Program-made: the position numbers and the translations under genes | Notes under the pieces: model-generated | What the model saw: only the letters and a program-made list of their open reading frames with translations | What the model was told of the DNA's origin: nothing | Database searches by the model: none | Part shown: positions 1-7,139 of the stretch, one piece after another | Layout of the letters: each line of letters opens with the position of its first letter | Numbering within the stretch: the first letter of the stretch is position 1 | NCBI RefSeq assembly: GCF_039888725.1 | Contig: NZ_JBDQQN010000002.1 | Coordinates: 578,024 to 602,023, forward strand | DNA length: 24,000 nt | Reading direction: 5' to 3' | From: Solibacillus sp. CAU 1738 | Lineage (GTDB): Bacteria > Bacillota > Bacilli > Bacillales_A > Planococcaceae

Positions 1-218
1 GCTTTCTTCTTTAACGATTGAAACATCTTCTTTAATCCATCAAAAATGCTGTCATTAGTAAAAGTAACCGCATCACCATGCATTATTTCATTTGCTACGT
101 GTTTATCGAATAATTTCAACGCCTCTTTACCTACAAGAGCAACCATTTTCACCAATTCACGTTCGTAACTAACCGTGGCCGCTGTCGGAAACTTTGTTTT
201 AGGCACTTGCTTAGCCAT
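1..218 (-). CDS. Partial CDS (N-terminus only): probable head morphogenesis / minor head protein
   Basis: ATG at 218 overlaps the portal stop (ATGGCTAA). The frame stays open to the window edge (MAKQVPKTKFPTAATVSYERELVKMVALVGKEALKLF...). A gene directly downstream of the portal is typically SPP1 gp7 / Mu F-like. Not in the ORF track because it is truncated. Confidence 0.45.
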   Translation of the reverse strand, partial: MAKQVPKTKFPTAATVSYERELVKMVALVGKEALKLFDKHVANEIMHGDAVTFTNDSIFDGLKKMFQSLKKK

Positions 219-1542
219 TTGAACGCCAACCTTTGTACAAGTTATCCGCTAATTGTTTCAAATCTGCATCGTCACCACTAAATTTTAACGTTTCTTCAAG
301 ACCAAACTGTCCAAAACGACTTTCCCGAATCTCATCAGCAGTTAAAACATTGTTATTCATATAAATTTGGTCCGTCTCTGCTACAAGCTTGCGAATTTCG
401 GCATCTGTCTTAGCGTCCACGTTCCATAACGGATTAAACTGTATTTCCCATTCCAAGGATTCTGGATCGATACGACCACCGAGCTCTTTTTCAGCCATTA
501 ATAGCATACGGATGAGCTTTTCTAAATGCGGCTTCATCTCGTTTTCTTGGTCCGCCACAATGCGAGAATAATAGTTCATCACATCATACTGCGCTCCAGC
601 AATAGTGCCTGATTCTTGCCCTTTTATAACAGTTTTCGGCATACGTGCTGAACCAGCTAACAAATCCCACACAAAATCAAGTAAGTAATTTATACCACCA
701 ACAGATGTGGTTTCTTTTTTCAGTTCCTCACCATCAGCAATCATCGCTAACGCTTCAGTACGGAACATAAAATCCATAATCATGGATAGCTGTTGCTTAT
801 CCTGACTATTTAAATTTTCAATATCCTTTGATTTATAGACCTTGAAGGTAAAATCATGAAGGATTTGACCAACCGACCATACAGACGTATCAAAAACTGT
901 CAGAATGTCGTACAACGGCTCTAATAGGGAGCGACCTTGTGCTTCACCCTCGAATCGCCTTGTTTGGCTGTGGAGCAAGCGAGATACATGTACAGATGAT
1001 TCAATTGTTTGTATCTGTACTCCATGACTGGATGCACGATTGATACGTAATTGCTCTAATTGACCGTATTTAATATCAAAAACATCCTCGTTAATCAGGA
1101 ATTCATTAACTTTTTGCGAACTGAATGCGTGTAAATAATCAACTGAATACAATTTATCCATCTGTAACTCATCGCTTAATTCAAATTTTGAGCCCTGTGT
1201 TACGCCTAAACTAATAAAACCATCTCCACGGAGACGGTCATAAAGGAACATTTCTTTAAATGCTTTCTTTGCGTTTAAATCTGCTAATTTACTCATAATG
1301 TCGCGAGCTAGTTTCTCATCTTCCATTCGCAAGGTGAACCAATTTCGAGTCATATCCTCAGCTGGTATATCAATGATGTTTTGAACAATTCGACTGTCAC
1401 CATACAAATTCGTTATTTCATCGTGCGACAGCTTACGTCCAACACCAGCAACCTGTCTGGTTAGCTTATCTTTATGATTCGCCTTGCCGTTCCCTTGCAT
1501 GAAGTCCTCGCGCATTTCTTTTGCTCGGTCTAATGATTTCAT
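211..1542 (-). CDS. Phage portal protein
   Basis: 443-aa ORF immediately downstream of terL. SD TAGGTGAG precedes the ATG. Size and position are typical of a portal. The assignment rests on position and general sequence impression. Confidence 0.7.
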   Translation of the reverse strand: MKSLDRAKEMREDFMQGNGKANHKDKLTRQVAGVGRKLSHDEITNLYGDSRIVQNIIDIPAEDMTRNWFTLRMEDEKLARDIMSKLADLNAKKAFKEMFLYDRLRGDGFISLGVTQGSKFELSDELQMDKLYSVDYLHAFSSQKVNEFLINEDVFDIKYGQLEQLRINRASSHGVQIQTIESSVHVSRLLHSQTRRFEGEAQGRSLLEPLYDILTVFDTSVWSVGQILHDFTFKVYKSKDIENLNSQDKQQLSMIMDFMFRTEALAMIADGEELKKETTSVGGINYLLDFVWDLLAGSARMPKTVIKGQESGTIAGAQYDVMNYYSRIVADQENEMKPHLEKLIRMLLMAEKELGGRIDPESLEWEIQFNPLWNVDAKTDAEIRKLVAETDQIYMNNNVLTADEIRESRFGQFGLEETLKFSGDDADLKQLADNLYKGWRSNG

Positions 1543-1550
1543 ATTCTCAC

Positions 1551-3008
1551 CTACTTTCCTAATAAGTTTTTGTAGCGATCCAATGGATTGGACTTGCTTG
1601 TGTATAGTTGATTTAGAGCTTGTGTTGTCATATCAACTAAATCATCATGTGCTGCATTCGGGAATGAAACAAGCTCCTCGATAACATCCTCTGACCAACT
1701 GCATATATTCGGATGGGGTAAAAATACATTGCCTGCCTCAAATAAAGGAGACACCGCATTTGCGCGTGCCTCCTTACCACCATTTGGATTAACGGGAATG
1801 ATACCGCTGATTTCATCTTTCAGCATCTCGATGATAGCTGTACCGTTCGCTTTATCCTCAATATATTTACTGCGTGCATTGGGCCACTTGTCGGACATAG
1901 CTCGTATTGCTTTCATTGTGTCAGCAAAACCCATACGTCTGTGGTCAATGTCCAACAAGAAATACTGCGCTTGCTTACGTGCCCATACACCACCAGCAAC
2001 AAAATCACTTGCTGACGAATCTTTAAACGTACAGTCCCACGATTGTGCTACCTTATCTAAATGAGTAGGCAATACGACTACATCATCACTTAAGCCCCAT
2101 TCACGCTTTTGTTCAGCTGTACGCACATAATAACGCACCCATTCGCGCTTGAATATGTTACCGCCTGCTGGGGATGGACGTTGTTGATATAACGAAGCCC
2201 ATGTACGGGAACCGACCTCGAATTTTTTAGCTTCTGCCCATTGCTCGTTAAAACCAAGTTCAGGACATAGCGCTTCACCAAATGAACGGCCTAATAAATC
2301 ATCATCGTCCTCTGCGATGGCTGGTAAGCGTAATCGAATCCAATTACGAGGGCTACGAGTAAGCAGGCGACCAATTAAATCATCTTCATTCCAACGTGTC
2401 ATGATCACTATTAGGCTTGCACCATCATGTAAACGCGTAGAAAGCGTAGCCTCCCATTCATCCCAAATATTATCTCGGATAGTTTGAGAACTTGCTTCCT
2501 TCATATTTTTAATAGGGTCATCGATAATCATTAAGTCAGCACCTTGACCAGTAATACTACCTCCGATACCAGTAGCAATCATGCCCCCACGTCTATCTTG
2601 TACGCCCCAGTCCTTCATAGCCCCATTCGATTCGGATAACCTTAAGTCAAACAGATTAGAAAACTCATTGAATTTATTGCGATTCAATCGACCGAATTTT
2701 GTCGCAAGTCCATCCGAATATGCAGCAGCTATAACACGTTTATCTGGATTTTTAGCCAAATAAAAAGACGGGAACGATTCTGTCACCGTCATGGATTTAC
2801 CGTGCCTTGGTGGCATTTCAATCAAAACAGATAACTGTTCTCCATCTGCTATACGTTGTAAAACGTCACATATTAATTCTGTATGACGGTAATGTTCGTA
2901 ATGCCCATGATGTACAAATTCTACATATTCACGGTAATTACGCTTAGCAAGCTCTCTCTGGGCTTCATTCGCTAATGTTTCAAGTTCCTTTTTTGATAGA
3001 GTTGGCAA
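1551..3008 (-). CDS. terL: Terminase large subunit
   Basis: 485 aa with a Walker A-like PPRHGKS and a Walker B-like LMIIDDP, plus a C-terminal nuclease-like half. It lies between terS and the portal. TTG start at 3008 follows GAGGAG and overlaps the terS end. Confidence 0.9.
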   Translation of the reverse strand: MPTLSKKELETLANEAQRELAKRNYREYVEFVHHGHYEHYRHTELICDVLQRIADGEQLSVLIEMPPRHGKSMTVTESFPSFYLAKNPDKRVIAAAYSDGLATKFGRLNRNKFNEFSNLFDLRLSESNGAMKDWGVQDRRGGMIATGIGGSITGQGADLMIIDDPIKNMKEASSQTIRDNIWDEWEATLSTRLHDGASLIVIMTRWNEDDLIGRLLTRSPRNWIRLRLPAIAEDDDDLLGRSFGEALCPELGFNEQWAEAKKFEVGSRTWASLYQQRPSPAGGNIFKREWVRYYVRTAEQKREWGLSDDVVVLPTHLDKVAQSWDCTFKDSSASDFVAGGVWARKQAQYFLLDIDHRRMGFADTMKAIRAMSDKWPNARSKYIEDKANGTAIIEMLKDEISGIIPVNPNGGKEARANAVSPLFEAGNVFLPHPNICSWSEDVIEELVSFPNAAHDDLVDMTTQALNQLYTSKSNPLDRYKNLLGK

Positions 3009-3480
3009 TAGCTCTCAACTCCTCATCTGTTAACTTACTCAAATCCATTTTAGTTTCAATTTCTCCGCTATGCTCAATTTCTTGTTTGTCAGTCCATAGA
3101 GTAAAACGCTTACCAATGAGTTCTGCAGCTTTAATACGCTCGCCCATTGTGGGAGGCATCTTTTTATCAATCACTTGCTCACCCATACCAATACCTTTTA
3201 ATGTAGCCGCAGTTGCTTCGCCACGTAGAATCGCTGTAAGTGTTTCGAGTATTTCTTGTTGATCAGCTACCCTTTCAGATTTCAACTCTTCCATGCGTTC
3301 ATCTATATAAAATTTTACGCTAACATTTGTTAACATTCGACTTCCTGCAGCTCTCGCTGTAGCTCCCTTCTTCACATTCGGATACGCCTTCAAATATGCA
3401 TCCGTAGCATTTCCTAGTTCGATATAGAAATCAACAAAAGCCTGCTGTTTCACTGTTAATTTACGTTCAATCAATGGCAT
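2980..3480 (-). CDS. terS: Terminase small subunit
   Basis: N-terminus (LTVKQQAFVDFYIELGNATDAYLKAYP) is typical of HTH-type small terminases and sits directly upstream of terL. The start is ambiguous: GTG 3483, ATG 3480 or TTG 3474. TTG has the best spacing to the GGGG at 3483-3486. Confidence 0.8.
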   Translation of the reverse strand: MPLIERKLTVKQQAFVDFYIELGNATDAYLKAYPNVKKGATARAAGSRMLTNVSVKFYIDERMEELKSERVADQQEILETLTAILRGEATAATLKGIGMGEQVIDKKMPPTMGERIKAAELIGKRFTLWTDKQEIEHSGEIETKMDLSKLTDEELRAIANSIKKGT

Positions 3481-3501
3481 CACCCCATTATGCTAATTGC
3501 T
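3479..3501 (-). repeat. Junction box copy 1 (ATCACCCCATTATGCTAATTGCT on the plus strand), native terS 5' junction
   Basis: This 23-mer is identical to 5392-5414 and differs at 2 positions from 5044-5066. It contains the GGGG that can serve as the terS SD. Confidence 0.9.
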
Positions 3502-3507
3502 AAATTT

Positions 3508-3537
3508 ATATAAAAGAAAAAGCACCCTTAGGTACTT
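3508..3537 (-). terminator. Intrinsic terminator after the 226-aa gene
   Basis: Minus strand reads AAGTACC-TAAG-GGTGCTT followed by TTTTCTTTTAT. It overlaps the stop codon at 3537-3539. Confidence 0.6.
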
Positions 3538-4217
3538 TATTCGCTAGTATGAAGATTTTTTATAAGTTTTTTAAATGTCTTGTTTATTTTAATTTGCCCA
3601 CCAGAATAGTTCAAAAATCCTCCAGTAATTTCGGAAATCAATCCTGTATTTTCTAGCCTTTTTACAATAAAATCAATATCATCTTCTTGAATCAAACACT
3701 TTTCAATTAATAATTCTCTCCACTTTATTTTCACTGAAAACTGAAGTTCATTTTCATGTTCGGATTTTTCGTACGTATTAAATGCATGATATATTACCGC
3801 AAGGGCCTTTATTTCAATTGGTGATAAATCTTTTAGTGAATATAAAAACTCTTCTACCAACCCCAAATCTTCAACATCTCCACGCAAGGCTGACATCAAT
3901 AATTTTGCATTCATTAACGATTTTTCTCGACTTCTGTTTTGGACTGAAGATTCAATAGCAATATTAAATATGTCATAATTTTCTTCGGATTCTAACCAAT
4001 TTACCAGAGTTACATCCTTCATTGCATTTATTTCCGAATATAAATCCTGTATAAAAAACTCGATTCTAGCCTGAATAAATTTATTTTCTCTACTTGAAAT
4101 TTTCTCGCTAATATACGGACCTAACCACGGTATTATTTGAATAACCCCTTTAAATTCTGCAGAGTTCATAAATCGATCTATACGTTTTTCAGGTAATATA
4201 TTCAATTCCCTTTCCAT
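3537..4217 (-). CDS. Hypothetical soluble protein, 226 aa (cassette gene A)
   Basis: Long ORF in an AT-rich cassette. The ORF-track start at 4226 is a GTG embedded in the SD GGAGGAGTG, so the in-frame ATG at 4217 is preferred. I recognise no family. Confidence 0.55.
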   Translation of the reverse strand: MERELNILPEKRIDRFMNSAEFKGVIQIIPWLGPYISEKISSRENKFIQARIEFFIQDLYSEINAMKDVTLVNWLESEENYDIFNIAIESSVQNRSREKSLMNAKLLMSALRGDVEDLGLVEEFLYSLKDLSPIEIKALAVIYHAFNTYEKSEHENELQFSVKIKWRELLIEKCLIQEDDIDFIVKRLENTGLISEITGGFLNYSGGQIKINKTFKKLIKNLHTSE

Positions 4218-4351
4218 TTCATTCACTCCTCCATTTTATAATATTTCAAGATAGGAAGTAAAAATCTTCAAAAAAATTACAGTATGATCGATAATCATTT
4301 TTCAGAGTAAAACTATAACATCTCTTTTCTAAATCTTTATTTTCCTTTTCA

Positions 4352-4936
4352 TTAACCTAACTCATTTACAATATCTTTTTCGTATTCTTTAAGCATTTCA
4401 ATAAATTCTTTCAATTTTTTTCTTACTTCAAACTTCTTGATATCGCTTATTAAATTATATGACTTAGCTAATTGCCCCCCCATTAATTCAGATTGTTTTA
4501 ATTCTGATAAAGCTTGAACAATATCTTTATATTTGTAATACAAATGAATATCTACTTTCATACATTTATCGTAAACATCTATATAATCCTCTAGTAATCT
4601 ATCAATCTCTTTTGGATAGTCTGGGATAATTGGATGGAACAAAACATTGTTGATTAAATTATGTTTTGTTCTAAGTTCATTTATTAACCTTATTTTTTCC
4701 GGTAGAGCTTTGAGCCCTTCAGTATTCTTATCATGCTTAATTGTTAATTTCACTCCTAAAAAGGTAATTCCTCCAGAAATCAAACCACCTAATATCGCTC
4801 CAATAAAACCTATTAATACACCTCCATCTATAGCTAATCCCTTAATTAAAAAGATATCTATAAATGCTGTGGCTGCCATAAAGCACAATAATCCTAATAT
4901 AAAAAAAATTAAAACGTCTTTCCATCTTTCGTTCAT
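4352..4936 (-). CDS. Predicted 2-TM membrane protein, 194 aa (cassette gene B), paralog of gene E
   Basis: ATG follows GGAGTAGGAGG. Two N-terminal hydrophobic helices include a glycine-rich segment (GFIGAILGGLISGGITFLGV), then a charged helical tail. It shares the motif GAxxGGxI..T..GV..TI...(L/I)P..I.L(I/L)N...H with the ORF at 6260-6769. Confidence 0.65.
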   Translation of the reverse strand: MNERWKDVLIFFILGLLCFMAATAFIDIFLIKGLAIDGGVLIGFIGAILGGLISGGITFLGVKLTIKHDKNTEGLKALPEKIRLINELRTKHNLINNVLFHPIIPDYPKEIDRLLEDYIDVYDKCMKVDIHLYYKYKDIVQALSELKQSELMGGQLAKSYNLISDIKKFEVRKKLKEFIEMLKEYEKDIVNELG

Positions 4937-4943
4937 TATTCAA

Positions 4944-4997
4944 CCTCCTACTCCATATTAGAGCAAAAGTCATACAAATACACTAATGTTTTACTAT
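4944..4997 (-). repeat. Leader/SD repeat, type I (copy upstream of gene B)
   Basis: By manual alignment, 50 of 54 positions are identical to 6778-6831. The repeat includes the SD GGAGTRGGAGG. Confidence 0.85.
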
Positions 4998-5043
4998 TTT
5001 ACTATATTTAAAACCACCTCCACCATCATTTGTTTATTTTGTA

Positions 5044-5066
5044 ATCACCCCGTTATGCTAGTTGCT
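5044..5066 (-). repeat. Junction box copy 2 (ATCACCCCGTTATGCTAGTTGCT)
   Basis: Two A-to-G differences from copies 1 and 3. It sits just after the hairpin that follows the 72-aa gene. Confidence 0.85.
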
Positions 5067-5080
5067 TATAAAATTGAAAT

Positions 5081-5102
5081 GCCACTTATTCACATAAGCG
5101 GC
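5081..5102 (-). terminator. Probable terminator hairpin after the 72-aa gene
   Basis: Minus strand reads GCCGCTTAT-GTGA-ATAAGTGGC (one G-U pair) followed by ATTTCAATTTTAT. The U tract is interrupted. Confidence 0.4.
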
Positions 5103-5109
5103 GTTGGAT

Positions 5110-5328
5110 TTAACCTAAAATATTCTTCAGGTTTTCAGTATGTGCTTCAAGGAATTGACTTTGTTCAGTTTTGTTTCTTATTACAAACTCATGTCTTCCT
5201 AAACCTGAAGAATCTTTTTTATCTTGGAAGTGACCTACAATTACAGTTCCGTTACCCTCTTCTAGAACTGTATGTTCCATTAGATAATTTCCAGAATTCA
5301 AGTTTTCGATAATTGTTTTTATATCCAT
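5110..5328 (-). CDS. Hypothetical small protein, 72 aa (cassette gene C)
   Basis: The ATG at 5328 lies 6 nt after GGAGTGGGAGGTG. The 90-aa ORF-track version starts upstream with no SD and simply translates the SD as MEWEV. Confidence 0.5.
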   Translation of the reverse strand: MDIKTIIENLNSGNYLMEHTVLEEGNGTVIVGHFQDKKDSSGLGRHEFVIRNKTEQSQFLEAHTENLKNILG

Positions 5329-5391
5329 TTTTCTCACCTCCCACTCCATCATAAAACAAACTGGAAGGTAATTCTTTAACATGATTTTGCT

Positions 5392-5414
5392 ATCACCCCA
5401 TTATGCTAATTGCT
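5392..5414 (-). repeat. Junction box copy 3 (ATCACCCCATTATGCTAATTGCT)
   Basis: Identical 23-mer to 3479-3501. It lies immediately after the terminator of the 214-aa gene. Confidence 0.9.
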
Positions 5415-5416
5415 TT

Positions 5417-5448
5417 ACGAAATAAATAAGCACCTTTAGTAGGTGCTT
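5417..5448 (-). terminator. Intrinsic terminator after the 214-aa gene
   Basis: Minus strand reads AAGCACCT-ACTAA-AGGTGCTT followed by ATTTATTT. The stem abuts the stop codon. Confidence 0.65.
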
Positions 5449-6092
5449 TACTTTGAATTTAATATCCAATTTGATGGAATTACTTCCTTATCACTAATTA
5501 ACTCTTCTTGACCTTCAATTATTAAATATATTTTTTGATATAAATCTCTATGAGAATATACATACTTAAATTTTTCTTTACTTGTTGTCGAGTATTTCAA
5601 CTCAATATTATCAAATTCCACTTTTAGAATTCCCTCAATATCATTAATATAGAATGGCAAAGGGATAAATATCTCTACATTTCTTCTCATATGATCTAAA
5701 TAAAAATCATAACAATTTTCTTCGTAAACATTTGAGTCCATCGTTAATTTTATTTGACAATCCATAATATATTCTGGATCCCCTATGAACTTAAACATAA
5801 AAAAATTCATAAAACCTTCAGTATGTATAGTAGCAATGTCGATATTTTTTTCATAATACTCAGAAAAGAGAATCTTAGATTCTGGGTGTCTATTTATTTC
5901 TTGTAATTTATAACTTCCTCTGATCTCTTCACATATAATATAAGGTCTAGCCTTCTTTACCCCCTCTTTTTCAATGGTTTTTAATTGATGACTCATTTGC
6001 ATCGTTGCTATCCAATACGCACCCATAACACCTATTAAACCACCAAATAAACTCAATATACCACTTGTTAATGTTGCATCTTCTGGTGTCAT
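5448..6092 (-). CDS. Predicted single-pass membrane protein, 214 aa (cassette gene D)
   Basis: ATG follows GGGGGTGGAAGGG. One N-terminal glycine-rich TM helix (GILSLFGGLIGVMGAYWIA), then a roughly 170-aa soluble domain. I recognise no family. Confidence 0.6.
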   Translation of the reverse strand: MTPEDATLTSGILSLFGGLIGVMGAYWIATMQMSHQLKTIEKEGVKKARPYIICEEIRGSYKLQEINRHPESKILFSEYYEKNIDIATIHTEGFMNFFMFKFIGDPEYIMDCQIKLTMDSNVYEENCYDFYLDHMRRNVEIFIPLPFYINDIEGILKVEFDNIELKYSTTSKEKFKYVYSHRDLYQKIYLIIEGQEELISDKEVIPSNWILNSK

Positions 6093-6259
6093 ATAATCCC
6101 TTCCACCCCCATCTTAAATAAAAAAAGAAGGTAATTCCTAATCACCTTTTTGCTAGTAAAATCTGAAGGATATTATTATAAAATTTGATAATATTCTTCC
6201 TCTAATTCCTTTATTAAATTTCCACATTCTGCGTAATAAGTTAAACATGTGTCCAATAG

Positions 6260-6769
6260 TTATTGTGTATTTGTGATTGTAGGTTCAAAATTCTTAACTT
6301 TTACACCTTCCAAATGAATATACAAATCAGAAGTTTGCTTAATAATCTTTTTATATAAATTATACATATCTTTTCCCATTACTAATAATTCATTGTTACT
6401 CATCCTATCGTTTAATTCTGAGTTAATATTAAATAAAAAAGTTTTCAAAGAAGTTTTATCCTCATTATCTTTTTTCATGAGTTCGATTTGAAAATCTAAA
6501 ATATATTGATGTTCTTTATTTAATAGTTTGATTAATTGCGGAATTTGACTTAAACTTTCTTTTCTTCTAGCTTCAATTATGGTTTTGTTAACTCCAATTA
6601 ACGTAATAGAACCACCAATAACCGCTCCAAAAAAGGCTATTATTCCAGCAACTAACGTATAATCCTTCACATCAAAGAAGTATGTATAAACTCCAAAAAA
6701 TATCAGCAGCATATTCAATATCAAAAGTGAAATAAATATTATGTACATAGAATTTTTTATATTATTCAA
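6260..6769 (-). CDS. Predicted 2-TM membrane protein, about 169 aa (cassette gene E), paralog of gene B
   Basis: TTG at 6769 lies 6 nt after GGAGTGGGAGGTG (alternative ATG at 6748). The ORF-track start at 6817 translates the leader/SD as MEWEV. Two hydrophobic helices including GIIAFFGAVIGGSITLIGV. Confidence 0.6.
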   Translation of the reverse strand: MNNIKNSMYIIFISLLILNMLLIFFGVYTYFFDVKDYTLVAGIIAFFGAVIGGSITLIGVNKTIIEARRKESLSQIPQLIKLLNKEHQYILDFQIELMKKDNEDKTSLKTFLFNINSELNDRMSNNELLVMGKDMYNLYKKIIKQTSDLYIHLEGVKVKNFEPTITNTQ

Positions 6770-6777
6770 TTTTATCA

Positions 6778-6831
6778 CCTCCCACTCCATAATAGAGCAA
6801 AAGGCATACAAATACACTAATATTTTACTAT
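6778..6831 (-). repeat. Leader/SD repeat, type I (copy upstream of gene E)
   Basis: 50 of 54 positions identical to 4944-4997. A degenerate junction-box relative follows at about 6850-6880 (CCGCCCCTAGCCTTATGCTACTCATTGGCT). Confidence 0.85.
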
Positions 6832-6892
6832 CCTCAAAACCACACCAAACTCCGCCCCTAGCCTTATGCTACTCATTGGCTGTTTGATGCAG

Positions 6893-6932
6893 TTTTCAAA
6901 ATAGAAAAACCACCTACCGAAGTAGATGGTTT
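6893..6932 (-). terminator. Strong intrinsic terminator downstream of the HNH gene region
   Basis: Minus strand reads AAACCATCTAC-TTCG-GTAGGTGGTTT: an 11-bp stem with one G-U pair and a UUCG loop, followed by TTCTATTTT. Confidence 0.7.
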
Positions 6933-7139
6933 GAATTGTGTTAGGCTCTAGTAACTGAAGCCCCTCATATATTTTTGTAGGACGAAGTCTTACAACCTCG
7001 GGGATAAAGAGCAGCTCCGTGCCTATCTCATATGGTACATGGGATTTTTTAAAACAAAAAACATTTTACATTTGTTCCTTTTGTTACATCCGTTACATTT
7101 GTTCCGAGCTTCTATAAAAGTAACAAGGATACAGATACT

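Noticed and set aside
389-3262. ORFs inside or opposite the portal, terL and terS genes: plus strand 389-571, 1484-1684, 1729-2064, 2581-2763, 2975-3262; minus strand out of frame 2090-2281
   Set aside because: They lie entirely within long, well-supported minus-strand genes. They have no SD and a low-complexity, odd composition. They are typical shadow ORFs.
4647-5312. Plus-strand ORFs 4647-4961 and 4986-5312 in the cassette region
   Set aside because: They are antisense to genes B and C and run across leader, box and terminator sequences. No SD is present, and the AT-rich sequence gives long accidental ORFs.
5329-5382. N-terminal extensions of the 90-aa (to 5382) and 185-aa (to 6817) ORFs, both containing MEWEV
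   Set aside because: MEWEV is just the translation of the conserved SD ATGGAGTGGGAGGTG. Properly spaced start codons lie 6 nt downstream (5328 and 6769).
3479-6885. Junction-box repeats as a CRISPR array
   Set aside because: Only 3-4 copies are present. The intervening units are 0.35-1.5 kb long and contain genes with promoters and terminators. There is no repeat-spacer periodicity and no cas genes.
6933-7030. tRNA-like or retron-like RNA in the HNH-downstream region
   Set aside because: Hairpins are present, but there is no acceptor/T-arm arrangement. There is also no reverse transcriptase gene in the window to support a retron. It is kept only as a generic structured region or cos candidate.
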